Shown: positions 9,799 to 18,758 of the stretch, piece after piece | How positions within the stretch are numbered: position 1 is the stretch's first letter | Layout: each line of letters begins with the position of its first letter | From: Candidatus Poseidoniales archaeon | GTDB lineage: Archaea; Thermoplasmatota; Poseidoniia; Poseidoniales; Thalassarchaeaceae | Assembly: GCA_012959435.1 (NCBI GenBank) | Contig: DUDF01000068.1 | Location: 34,468 to 98,467, forward strand | Direction: 5' to 3' | Length of the DNA stretch: 64,000 bases | Notes under the pieces: generated by a model | Databases searched by the model: none | What the model was told of the DNA's origin: nothing | Seen by the model: only the letters and a program-made list of their open reading frames with translations | Made by a program: the position numbers and the translations under genes

Positions 9799-12507
9799 AT
9801 GCGCAAGCGAGAGGATGAATCAGAGGGATTCATCTTTTTCGAAGATGATGATGAAGATGAGTTGATAGCATCTGAAGAGAAACTTATCAAAGATGAATCT
9901 ATTGAAAGTAAGGACGGCCAAGTAGAATCTAATGAATTGGCATCATTTCAGAAAGAACAATTTATACCTCTTCAAAATATCCTACCCAAAAAAGATGATG
10001 ATTATTTTTCTGCTGAATTAGTAACTGATGGCATCCATAATTTTGAATGGCCAATCAAAGGAATGGATTGCCCTGATTGTGCAATGAAAGCGAGTTCTGC
10101 CACAACAAAAAATCCAGCAGTTGCCTCTTGTAAGATAAGCCATGCCGATGGAATGGTTCGCCTTGGAATTGATCTTGGAAAGGGTGACCTTGCCAAAGCC
10201 AACCGCATCTTGTCAAGTCTGGGGCATGAGCCTGATGTTGATTGGTTTCGTCTATCAGGAGTAACTGTTGAATCGGTAATGGGACGGCAGCGCTGTGACC
10301 GAACTTCACTAAAGCGCCTCCTTCTATCTGCTCCTGGATTACTTGATGTGCGCTTGGAAGAAAAGGACATTCTGATACGCCGACCACCAACGATGCAGCC
10401 ACTAACTCGCCAAGAACATGAAATTGCACTTGAGAGAATGACAGGCAAGAGTGTTGAGTTGGTAAAAGGTGACGTGGTTGGCCTTTCAACAGAACATTGG
10501 CGGTTGATTGGTGCATCTATTGCCTTAGTTTTATTACCAATAATTCTTTTATTAGAAGCATTTTCTATGCCGACAATAATCATTGTTGGAGTTGGAATTT
10601 TAGGAACGGTTGTAGGCGGATTCCGTATGTTTATGGAAGCCATTGCGAGTATTCGTAATCGTGTTCTTGGTTTTCAAATACTTACAACCATGGCAGTTAT
10701 TGGTGCGGCGATTTTACAGCAATGGCCTGAAGCATTAATGGTAGTATTATTAGAATCAGTTAGCGGTCATCTAGAGTCCTCAGCCCTCATTAGAGCAAGA
10801 GATGCGATGCAGGGTGGATTAGACCGACTACCTCGTATGGCTAGAGTTGTTTCAGGAGAAAAACCACGTTTGGCAGGTGTTTCATCAACAACATTTAGCA
10901 CGGGGATATCCCCATTATCATCTCTTGAACCCTCACGTCCAGAACCAGAGGAAATCCCCATTGAACTTGTTTTTCCAGGGACAATGGTCGAGGTCAGAAG
11001 TGGTGAGTTGATTCCGGTTGATGGGATTATCACAGAAGGGGTTGGGCAAATTGACCGCGCCCCATTGACTGGAGAAAGTGTACCGATAAGGGTAGAAGAA
11101 GGTGAATTTGTTGAAGCAGGATTAGTACTTCTAAGGGGACCTATATTGATTGAAGTTTCAGCAGTTGGAGAGGATACTGCACTATCAAACCTAATTGACC
11201 GCGTACACACTTATCGAGATAAACCACCGCGCTTACAATCTTCTATTGAATTATTCACAAAATTCTGGGTACCTTCGGTATTACTTGGAGGGGTTGGTGT
11301 TGCTCTCATATATGGTGAATGGATGATGATGTTGTTACTATGGGTTGTTGCTTGCCCATGCGCTTTGCTTCTAGCCGCCCCAATTCCACATGCTACAGCT
11401 CTATCCACAGCCGCTCACCAAGGTGTCATCGCGCGTGGGGGCGATGTTCTTGAGAGAACAGCCCGAGTAGATCTTGCATTATTGGATAAGACTGGTACAT
11501 TGACAAGTGGAAAACCTCGCCTTAATTCTTTAGTTCTAGCCGATGGTGTTTCGATGCTAGAAGCACTTTCGCTCGCTGCTGGGTTGGAAGTTCGAAGTAA
11601 TCATCCATATGCATCAACCATTATGCTGGCTGCTGAGAGTGAAGATGCAGAGCCAATTGAAGTAAAATCATTGGCTGACGGAGTCGCAGGCGTTAGTGGC
11701 AAAAGCGGGCGCTCAATAGTTCGTCTTGGTAGCCAAGAGTGGCTAAACAGTGAAGGGATAAACATTGCACAACCTTTGGAGGATGCTGCAAGTGACGCGC
11801 GTGCCAATGGTTTCGGGGTGTCAATTCTCTCTAAGAGTAATAATGCAATTGCAGTTTTCACTTTCGTCAACGATGATTTGCGAGATGGCGTAAAATCCTT
11901 AATCAATGATTTTTCTGAACTTGGAATCGCTGTGGAATTACTTTCCGGCGATTCTCAACCCGCAGTTGAAGCACTCGGAAAGCAACTTGGAATTGATGCA
12001 AGATATTGTCGTGGTGACATAGATCCAGATGGCAAAGCCATTTGGGTAGAACGTCGTAGTCAAGCACTTTGCACTTTGATGGCAGGGGATGGATTCAACG
12101 ATGCTGCTGCGTTAGCGGCTGCGGATGTTGGCGTTGCAGTAGGTAGCGGAGAGAGTGTAAATCTTGATGCAGCAGATGTTCTTATCCCGTCTAATGACCC
12201 TCGGATATTGGCTCGTTTAATCCGCCTTTCTAAAAAGACGAGAATGATTGTAAACATCAATCTAGCAATCTCTTTAATCGTCACATTAGTGTTGGTAATA
12301 TCAGTTATTGACCGTTGGCATGCTAGCCTTGCATTAGGGGTATTTATCCATGAAGGAACTGCCATTATTATTTTACTAAATGGGATGTGGTTAGCCGATG
12401 AAGGCATGAGTAGATTGGGCACTCTTGGCACTCTTTTCAAACAACTTGGAAGCGATTGCATGGAGGCTTGGGGTTCACTAAAAGTGATGGTTACTGGTAG
12501 CGACTGA
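9799..12507 (+). CDS. Heavy-metal translocating P-type ATPase (P1B family)
   Basis: - HMA domain with GMDCPDCAMK.
- TM CPC motif (VVACPCALLLAAP).
- Phosphorylation site DKTGTLT.
- Hinge GDGFNDAAALAAADVGVAVG.
- HEGT in the last TM.
- A roughly 75-aa acidic N-terminal extension. Confidence 0.93.
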   Translation: MRKREDESEGFIFFEDDDEDELIASEEKLIKDESIESKDGQVESNELASFQKEQFIPLQNILPKKDDDYFSAELVTDGIHNFEWPIKGMDCPDCAMKASSATTKNPAVASCKISHADGMVRLGIDLGKGDLAKANRILSSLGHEPDVDWFRLSGVTVESVMGRQRCDRTSLKRLLLSAPGLLDVRLEEKDILIRRPPTMQPLTRQEHEIALERMTGKSVELVKGDVVGLSTEHWRLIGASIALVLLPIILLLEAFSMPTIIIVGVGILGTVVGGFRMFMEAIASIRNRVLGFQILTTMAVIGAAILQQWPEALMVVLLESVSGHLESSALIRARDAMQGGLDRLPRMARVVSGEKPRLAGVSSTTFSTGISPLSSLEPSRPEPEEIPIELVFPGTMVEVRSGELIPVDGIITEGVGQIDRAPLTGESVPIRVEEGEFVEAGLVLLRGPILIEVSAVGEDTALSNLIDRVHTYRDKPPRLQSSIELFTKFWVPSVLLGGVGVALIYGEWMMMLLLWVVACPCALLLAAPIPHATALSTAAHQGVIARGGDVLERTARVDLALLDKTGTLTSGKPRLNSLVLADGVSMLEALSLAAGLEVRSNHPYASTIMLAAESEDAEPIEVKSLADGVAGVSGKSGRSIVRLGSQEWLNSEGINIAQPLEDAASDARANGFGVSILSKSNNAIAVFTFVNDDLRDGVKSLINDFSELGIAVELLSGDSQPAVEALGKQLGIDARYCRGDIDPDGKAIWVERRSQALCTLMAGDGFNDAAALAAADVGVAVGSGESVNLDAADVLIPSNDPRILARLIRLSKKTRMIVNINLAISLIVTLVLVISVIDRWHASLALGVFIHEGTAIIILLNGMWLADEGMSRLGTLGTLFKQLGSDCMEAWGSLKVMVTGSD

Positions 12508-12565
12508 AGGTGGCAACTTGTTATAGCATAGTGCTAAGTGTTAGACAACAACGGGGAGCACAGAA

Positions 12566-13039
12566 ATGACAAAGATTCGGGGGGATACTCGGGAAGTAGC
12601 CTTAGCTCACAAAACGAGAAGAGGCATTGTTGAAACATTACAAAATGTTGAGGAGAGGTCAACAGTTCAGATTCAAGAAACAATTGGAGTCACTAGGTAC
12701 CACCTATATCACCATCTCAAACAACTTGTGAGTGCTGGGATTATAGAGAACCATCGTGACAAGGGCAGAGCACGTTGGTGGCGGCTTACTGGACCGATTG
12801 ATTTAGATGTGGCAAGTGATGCAAGTCAACCCGATTTATCCGGACTTCCTGATGAAGTTTCAGCCCTAATAAGAAGGGGCTCTGATGTCCATTGGATTGA
12901 AATTCCGGGTTCTGCAAGAGAATCCATTGCGGCCAAAAAAATGCTTGAAAGTGTAGCTGATGAATGGGGAGTTGAACTTGATTTACCATTCACTTTTACA
13001 CCAGGTGGAATCCTCATCATTGGTAAACCACGAAACTGA
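12566..13039 (+). CDS. ArsR-family winged-helix transcription regulator with a roughly 70-aa C-terminal domain
   Basis: ALAHKTRRGIVETLQNVEERSTVQIQETIGVTRYHLYHHLKQLVSAGIIE matches the ArsR/SmtB HTH pattern. GGGGAG lies 8 nt upstream of the ATG. The protein contains no cysteines. Confidence 0.75.
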   Translation: MTKIRGDTREVALAHKTRRGIVETLQNVEERSTVQIQETIGVTRYHLYHHLKQLVSAGIIENHRDKGRARWWRLTGPIDLDVASDASQPDLSGLPDEVSALIRRGSDVHWIEIPGSARESIAAKKMLESVADEWGVELDLPFTFTPGGILIIGKPRN

Positions 13040-13048
13040 GGTGAATGC

Positions 13049-13465
13049 ATGACTGAGGGAGAAGTAGAGGTTGATATTGCTTTATTAGAAGTTGAGTCAG
13101 AAATTTCTCCACCATTAATCAATTGTCCAAATTGTAATGGTTTACTTCCCCTAGGTTTGGGAACTAAGACTTGCACTCTATGTGATGCGGTTGTAAACGT
13201 TGAACATGAGGCCACACGAAAAGAGTGGGTAGAGGAAAGATTTGCTTGCCCAAACTGCTCCAAAGTTTTGGTTTGTGGGGTGGAAGAGAGACCTGCAAAA
13301 GTAGCTTGTTCATCCTGTTCAAATCAAATTGTTGTGAAACCAAAGGTTGTCAAGGTAGAGATTACTTGCCCTTCCTGTGAGAGACGCCTTCGCCTCAAGC
13401 CTCGACCAGGCTCGCGTCAGGTCAACTGTCCTGCTTGTGATGATGCTTTCAAGGTCACATTCTGA
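13049..13465 (+). CDS. Triple zinc-ribbon protein (three CPxC...CxxC units; the last is MJ0042-type)
   Basis: - Six CxxC pairs: CPNC/CTLC, CPNC/CSSC, CPSC/CPAC.
- The last unit, ITCPSCERRLRLKPRPGSRQVNCPACDDAFKVTF, fits the MJ0042-family finger.
- A GAGGTGA RBS is present.
- The gene starts 9 nt after the ArsR stop. Confidence 0.7.
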   Translation: MTEGEVEVDIALLEVESEISPPLINCPNCNGLLPLGLGTKTCTLCDAVVNVEHEATRKEWVEERFACPNCSKVLVCGVEERPAKVACSSCSNQIVVKPKVVKVEITCPSCERRLRLKPRPGSRQVNCPACDDAFKVTF

Positions 13466-13645
13466 TGCATGTGTAGGTACTTGGGAACTATTGTTTAGCA
13501 TTACACCTTTGGGGTATATGAATAGCCATTTGACGGATAATCTCACCCTGCCCACTCAAATAGGAAGAGACTTGCAGGTTTGTACTAGGAGCATTGTGCT
13601 CCAGGGGATGGGATCCTGACTGAAACAGAAGAGAAGTTAGCAGAA

Positions 13646-16225
13646 TTGAAGAAGCAAGCCGTTGGTGGTAGTGACCATTCACTTGCTGAATTACGTCATG
13701 AAATTACTGGTTCTGACTCGCCATCTTTGAAGAGAGCAGGCCAGGTTTCTCAAAATCTTACTAATGAAGAAGGGCTTCGTCGTAGCCTTGGTAGAGAACG
13801 CCGTTTACGGTTGAAGGATCAAGCAGAACGACTTTCGGCTGCTAAGGGCTCAATGAGTCGCGCTCTACAAATGGAGCACCAATCTATTCTAAATAATCTT
13901 GAATCTGAAATGCGTGTTGAGATGGAATCAGAACTTTCACGTTTAGAAAAAGAAACTCTCAGTAGAGAAGAAGAGATATTGCGCGAAGAATTGGATATGA
14001 GACTTGAGCGCGAGGAGATGTCACTTCGCGAACAACTTGAAGTTGAACAAGAACGCCGGCTAAGTGCTAGTCGTGAACAACTTCACACCCAACTTTCTAG
14101 TGATATGAATAATGAGTTTGATCGTCGCCGGGCTTTCTTGCAAGAGAAAATGGAGATTGAGGCGACCCAAGCACTCCAGGAGCAATTGTCTAATTTAGAA
14201 TCTGAATTAAAAGAAGAGATGGAGACTCAACTAAAGTCTGAGGAAGAACGTCAGGCAGAAATAATAGAAGCAGAACAGCATTCTCGTCTTTCAGAAAGGG
14301 AGATACAACTTAGAGATGGTATTCGTCGCCGCCTTGAGGGACAATTACGTAGCCGCCTGCGCGCTCGCGAGGCACGACTTAGAAGCGAGTATGAACATCG
14401 GGCTCATCGAATGGAGGAAGAGATTGCAAAAGACCTTCAAGTTGAATTAGAACAGCGTCTTACTTCGGAAACCGAACAACTTGAAGAGCGAATGCAACAG
14501 GATTTGGAGTTAGCAGTTGCACGCAAACGAGATGAAGTCCGCTCATCAATTCTTAATGAACTAAAAACACAGTATGGTGAGCGAATTGCAGAGCGTAAAC
14601 AGCGCCTACGCGAACGTTATGATTTAACTTTCAGTCAGTCTATTGATGAGATAGAACAGGCTCTCAATATTGAACTAGAAGATGTGCTTCAAGGTCGAAT
14701 GGAGGGTGAGTTTGAAACTTACCGCCGATCGCGAGAATCAGAAATATCTAGCCGGTTATCTCGATTCCGTCATGAAAGAGAAATTGAACTTCGTCAACAA
14801 CTTTCATCCACCTTTGAGGGTAGAAAGCAAGAATGGATAGATCAATTAGAACAGGAATATCGTTCCAAAGAGTCAGCAGTTCAGCGTCAAATCATGGCTG
14901 AGATTGATGCACGGGTTCGTAATGAGAAGATATCTCAAGAAACTTCTCTTGACTTGTTAAAGCAAGAGACATCGATGGAACTAGAGGTTGAGATGGAATC
15001 AAGACTACGAGATTTCAGGTCTCGAAAGGAAACTGAAGTAACCGACCAATTAGAGCGTCAACTTTCCAAGCGTGAGGAGATTATGCGCAACAAAGCACTC
15101 ATTGAAGTTCGCCGCCGTGAATCGGAAATCCGTGCAGAAATCGAAGCACAGCTTGCTGTTAAGAGAGCAGAAATCCGTGAACGTCTCGCAACTCTTGAGC
15201 AGCGCTCAGAAGAATTCAAGCAAGTGGCAGAAGAAAAGATCCGCACCCAACTTGAGCGCAATCTCGTTTCAGATGATGATTTGGAGGATCAAGTTCGTGT
15301 CAAGCAATTAGAGGATGAAGCCGAGAATCTTGAGAGCCAAGATACTGTTCTAAATCGCCGCCAGCGCTGGATGGGTGCTTTGGAAGGTGCTCAAGGCCAG
15401 ATGCCAGAGACAGCGGTTCGCCCTGGGGGTCTCATTGCAGGTGGTCGATTAGGACAACCTAAGTCATCAGCTCTAGTTTCAGATGGAACACCCCCAACAC
15501 CTGCTGCAGGACTACTGGGCTCCGGAGGACGATTAGCACCTTCACGGGCACCAATTGGACAGGCTTCAACAGCAACAACTCCTACGCCAGCCACAACAAT
15601 TCCTCGGCCAACTACTGGTTCGACATTGGCTGAACGCCTAGCACCGGTAAGAGCACCTATTAGAGTTGAAGGTGAGCAACCTAAGCCCGTGCGCTCTCTA
15701 AGTGATATTGCAGCGGATGTAGGTCCTGATTCTGAAATCAAAAAGCCAATAGATGATGATTGGGATGATGAAGAAGAATTAGAAATGACTTCTGCTATTT
15801 CAGGATTAGTCACACTTAAAGAAACTGAAACGGAAACGGAAACTGAAACCGAATCAGTCACTGAAGAACCAACCCCTGTGAGCCGAGGTCCGCCAGGTGG
15901 GGGCAAATTGATTCGGGAAGATGCTGACGAAGGGCAAAGTGCGGGAGAAACATCAGTACGTGGTCCTCCTGGTGGTGGGAAACTAGTACGGGAAAGAATT
16001 GCTCCTTCTCAAAGAAGTCGAATTAGTGATAGTACAGATTTACCTGTTGAGATTTTAAAGCCTGTTCGTAGGCCAGTACTTCAACCAAAGAGCAGTGAAA
16101 CTGCTAACATAAAACCAACAACAAGTACAGTCAAAATGATGATTCCTGCCGAGTCTCCAGAAGTTGCAAAACTAACTCCTGTGAAAACAACTCTCACAGC
16201 CTTAGAAAGTTCTGAAGAAGAATGA
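13646..16225 (+). CDS. 859-aa E/R/L/Q-rich long alpha-helical (coiled-coil or ER/K single-helix) protein with a disordered P/T/A-rich C-terminal region
   Basis: About 500 aa are uninterrupted helix-forming E/R-rich sequence with recurring LESE[ML]..EME..L units. The rest is a Pro/Thr/Ala-rich tail, an ETETETETETE run and two RGPPGGGKL[IV]RE copies, ending SSEEE. The start is uncertain. TTG at 13646 is the first canonical start, and the frame is open from 13589. Confidence 0.75.
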   Translation: MKKQAVGGSDHSLAELRHEITGSDSPSLKRAGQVSQNLTNEEGLRRSLGRERRLRLKDQAERLSAAKGSMSRALQMEHQSILNNLESEMRVEMESELSRLEKETLSREEEILREELDMRLEREEMSLREQLEVEQERRLSASREQLHTQLSSDMNNEFDRRRAFLQEKMEIEATQALQEQLSNLESELKEEMETQLKSEEERQAEIIEAEQHSRLSEREIQLRDGIRRRLEGQLRSRLRAREARLRSEYEHRAHRMEEEIAKDLQVELEQRLTSETEQLEERMQQDLELAVARKRDEVRSSILNELKTQYGERIAERKQRLRERYDLTFSQSIDEIEQALNIELEDVLQGRMEGEFETYRRSRESEISSRLSRFRHEREIELRQQLSSTFEGRKQEWIDQLEQEYRSKESAVQRQIMAEIDARVRNEKISQETSLDLLKQETSMELEVEMESRLRDFRSRKETEVTDQLERQLSKREEIMRNKALIEVRRRESEIRAEIEAQLAVKRAEIRERLATLEQRSEEFKQVAEEKIRTQLERNLVSDDDLEDQVRVKQLEDEAENLESQDTVLNRRQRWMGALEGAQGQMPETAVRPGGLIAGGRLGQPKSSALVSDGTPPTPAAGLLGSGGRLAPSRAPIGQASTATTPTPATTIPRPTTGSTLAERLAPVRAPIRVEGEQPKPVRSLSDIAADVGPDSEIKKPIDDDWDDEEELEMTSAISGLVTLKETETETETETESVTEEPTPVSRGPPGGGKLIREDADEGQSAGETSVRGPPGGGKLVRERIAPSQRSRISDSTDLPVEILKPVRRPVLQPKSSETANIKPTTSTVKMMIPAESPEVAKLTPVKTTLTALESSEEE
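15821..15853 (+). repeat. In-frame (GAA-ACN)n microsatellite encoding ETETETETETE
   Basis: The sequence reads gaaactgaaacggaaacggaaactgaaaccgaa directly. Confidence 0.9.
15884..15994 (+). repeat. Two copies of a 12-codon unit encoding RGPPGGGKL[IV]RE, 25 codons apart
   Basis: The copies are cgaggtccgccaggtgggggcaaattgattcgggaa (15884-15919) and cgtggtcctcctggtggtgggaaactagtacgggaa (15959-15994). The protein is conserved and synonymous sites have diverged. Confidence 0.85.
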
Positions 16226-16310
16226 TGAACATATTTTTGTGTCGACTATGGTTATTTACACAAAATCACGATACCACCGCATTCAAAGGTAGAACGCTCC
16301 TCATAGCGCT

Positions 16311-18743
16311 ATGCGCGCCTCGGTGAGTCTCTCATCACTTCTGTTGATTGGTGTACTTATTCCTTTACTTGCCTCAACAACTGCAAGCGCTACTTCATTA
16401 GCAAATGCTGGTGTAGTATCAGAGATTGACAGCCACACAGTTGGGATGTGGCAAACTTACGATGGTTATTCAATAGTAGTTAATGAAACAGGTTTCTTAA
16501 CGGCATTAGAAATTAAAAATGATGGCTCAGTTACAGAATCATGGAATTTTACCTTGAATATGTCAATCACAAGTGGAGCGATTGATAATTTCCAACATAG
16601 GCTTGCACTTGGTACTGATTCTGGAGTAAAGGTAATTTCAACTGAATTTCATGATTTACTTTATTCAATCAATATCATTGGGGGTGTTGATTCTGTTGGA
16701 TGGGATGGTAATGGTGACTTATGGGTCGGTGATAGAGCCTACCGATATGTTGCGGAATATGATGATACAGCTGCAACTGGAGTCACGACTCAAACACACC
16801 TCATTAAAGTGACAGCGGTTCTTGGCATGGCAAATGGTAGTGTGATATCTGGAGGAAGAGATTCAATAGTTAGGGTATCAGCACCAAATGGCTCAATGAT
16901 TCATGAGATGATGGACATTCAAAGTGATGTAGAAGGGCTGTATCTAATTGATAATGGGGGTACTCTAGTTACTACCTCTACTACTGGGCAGTTGATAACA
17001 TATTCAACCTCTGATTGGCAAAAGACCGGTGACATCTATCTTTCAACCGGTGGAATCATCAGAACAGTGGAACAAAACACCGATGGGACATTAATTGTAG
17101 GGACTCACAACGGACATCTAACAATATTGAATAGTAGTGATTTATCTGAATTGAGTTCATTCTCATCTTTAGGCGAGATCATCAGTGTTAAACTGAGCCA
17201 AGATAATTCTTTCTTCCTTTTGTCAACTTTTTCTGATAAATCAGATATTATCATGTTTGATTTAGATAGTGATGGGGATGATGTAGTTGATGCTGTAGAT
17301 GACTTCCCCGATGATTCAACTCAACAAATAGATACAGATGGAGACGGTTATGGGGATAACCAACTCGGAAACTATCCCGATAAATACCCACAAGATGCAA
17401 CCCAATGGTTGGATTCAGATGGTGATGGCCATGGTGACAATGCTAGCGGAAATAATGGTGATTTATTCCCATTCAACCCAACTCAATTTCAAGATAGTGA
17501 CGGTGATGGATTTGGGGATAATCCACTAGGCCAAGATGCAGACGCATTCCCGAATGATATCTCACAATGGCAAGATACAGATGGTGATCAGTTAGGTGAC
17601 AACCCAAACGGCACTAATCCAGATGCTTGTCCAACATCAGCAGGAAATTCATACAAGGACAGAAATGGCTGTTCTGATTCAGATAATGATGGCTATAGTG
17701 ATCCACGTGGTGATGATCCAAAGTGCTCATCAACTTATCCAAATGGGGCCGATGCTTATCCTCAAGATGCAACACAGTGGTGTGATACTGATGACGATAA
17801 TTTCGGAGATAACTTGAGTGGTAACAACCCAGATTGGTGTCCTGCAGAGTGGGGTAATAGCACCCGCGGAATCATTTTCAATGCTACAACCAATCTTTAT
17901 GTCACAATACAGAGATTTGGTTGTATTGACTTTGATGGAGATGGTTACGAAGATAGTGGTGAGCAAGATGGGCTAACTGACTGGTCAACCAACAAGAGTG
18001 AGTGGGTAGACAGTGATCGTGACGGTGTTGGAGATAATGCAGATTGGGATGATTTAGATCCGACAGTTTGGACTCTTGAACAGTATTGTGTAAAGAATCC
18101 TACTGATTACTCTAATTGTGAATTTGTATATGTTCCTGTAGATACTTCAAATAATGAACAAGAGTTGTCAGCGAGCGAAAAACGCTCTAAATTAATCAAG
18201 GAATTTTTGGTATATGGGGGCGGTATTGGGATCTTGCTGATTGCAGGAATCTTGGCTATTTGGGGATTAGTTGGTATTGTTAGAACATCAATTGCAAAGC
18301 GAGCACCTGATGCACAATACAGCCACCAGGATGCGACAAAAGAGTTGCAAGCATTTGAAGAGGGAGAGGAGTTCAAGACTCGTGGCGGAATTACAGACCA
18401 GAAAGGCTGGGAAGATGAAAAACTCGGTGATGGTGTAACTGAGGACGAACTATGGGATCTTGCTGATGATATTGAGAAGCCTTCAGCTGTCCCTGATTCA
18501 AGCAAGTTTGCTGATGAAGACTCATCATCGGAGGAACCTGCTGAAGAGTCAGATGATACTTCAGAGCCAGAGCCAGAGCCAGTAGAAGTTGAGAAACAGC
18601 CAACACCTACTCCTGAAGCAGCAACTTCAGAAATGCCTGAGGGCGCACCTCCACTACCGGAAGGTGGATTGCCTGCAGGTTGGACAACAGAGCAGTGGGT
18701 CTACTATGGGCATCAGTGGTGGGACGCGAAGAACAAAAGTTGA
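16311..18743 (+). CDS. Type-I anchored surface protein: signal peptide, beta-propeller-like domain, thrombospondin type-3-like Ca-binding repeats, TM helix, acidic cytoplasmic tail
   Basis: - Signal peptide LLLIGVLIPLLASTTASATS.
- WD/YVTN-like repeats.
- At least 8 D-x-D-x-D-G-x-x-D-x units (DTDGDGYGDN, DSDGDGHGDN, DSDGDGFGDN, DTDGDQLGDN and others).
- TM helix GGGIGILLIAGILAIWGLVGIV.
- Acidic tail containing MPEGAPPLPEGG. Confidence 0.8.
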   Translation: MRASVSLSSLLLIGVLIPLLASTTASATSLANAGVVSEIDSHTVGMWQTYDGYSIVVNETGFLTALEIKNDGSVTESWNFTLNMSITSGAIDNFQHRLALGTDSGVKVISTEFHDLLYSINIIGGVDSVGWDGNGDLWVGDRAYRYVAEYDDTAATGVTTQTHLIKVTAVLGMANGSVISGGRDSIVRVSAPNGSMIHEMMDIQSDVEGLYLIDNGGTLVTTSTTGQLITYSTSDWQKTGDIYLSTGGIIRTVEQNTDGTLIVGTHNGHLTILNSSDLSELSSFSSLGEIISVKLSQDNSFFLLSTFSDKSDIIMFDLDSDGDDVVDAVDDFPDDSTQQIDTDGDGYGDNQLGNYPDKYPQDATQWLDSDGDGHGDNASGNNGDLFPFNPTQFQDSDGDGFGDNPLGQDADAFPNDISQWQDTDGDQLGDNPNGTNPDACPTSAGNSYKDRNGCSDSDNDGYSDPRGDDPKCSSTYPNGADAYPQDATQWCDTDDDNFGDNLSGNNPDWCPAEWGNSTRGIIFNATTNLYVTIQRFGCIDFDGDGYEDSGEQDGLTDWSTNKSEWVDSDRDGVGDNADWDDLDPTVWTLEQYCVKNPTDYSNCEFVYVPVDTSNNEQELSASEKRSKLIKEFLVYGGGIGILLIAGILAIWGLVGIVRTSIAKRAPDAQYSHQDATKELQAFEEGEEFKTRGGITDQKGWEDEKLGDGVTEDELWDLADDIEKPSAVPDSSKFADEDSSSEEPAEESDDTSEPEPEPVEVEKQPTPTPEAATSEMPEGAPPLPEGGLPAGWTTEQWVYYGHQWWDAKNKS
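17260..18062 (+). repeat. Array of TSP3-like calcium-binding repeat codons (Asp-rich) within the CDS
   Basis: There are repeated gat-nnn-gat-ggn-gat-ggn units, and the protein carries DxDxDGxxDxxD motifs. Confidence 0.8.
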
Positions 18744-18758
18744 TTCCAAAACTTATTC

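Noticed and set aside
10002-10643. 213-aa minus-strand ORF, plus 10055..10516 and 10767..11210, antisense to the P-type ATPase
   Set aside because: These are shadow ORFs inside a confidently identified CDS. Their composition is Ser/Arg/Pro-rich and low in complexity, with no motifs.
13377-13619. 80-aa plus-strand ORF bridging the zinc-ribbon gene end and the 180-nt gap
   Set aside because: It overlaps the zinc-ribbon CDS out of frame and has no motifs. The gap is more likely the 5' region of the helical-protein gene, whose true start is uncertain.
15391-15906. 171-aa minus-strand ORF within the helical protein's P/T/A-rich region
   Set aside because: It is the antisense reading of low-complexity coding sequence (the mirror of the ETETE and PGG repeats).
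17260-18062. Periodic nucleotide repeats considered as a possible CRISPR or tandem-repeat array
   Set aside because: The repeats are in frame and encode Asp-rich TSP3-like calcium-binding motifs inside a long ORF. There is no repeat-spacer structure, and no CRISPR array is seen anywhere in the window.
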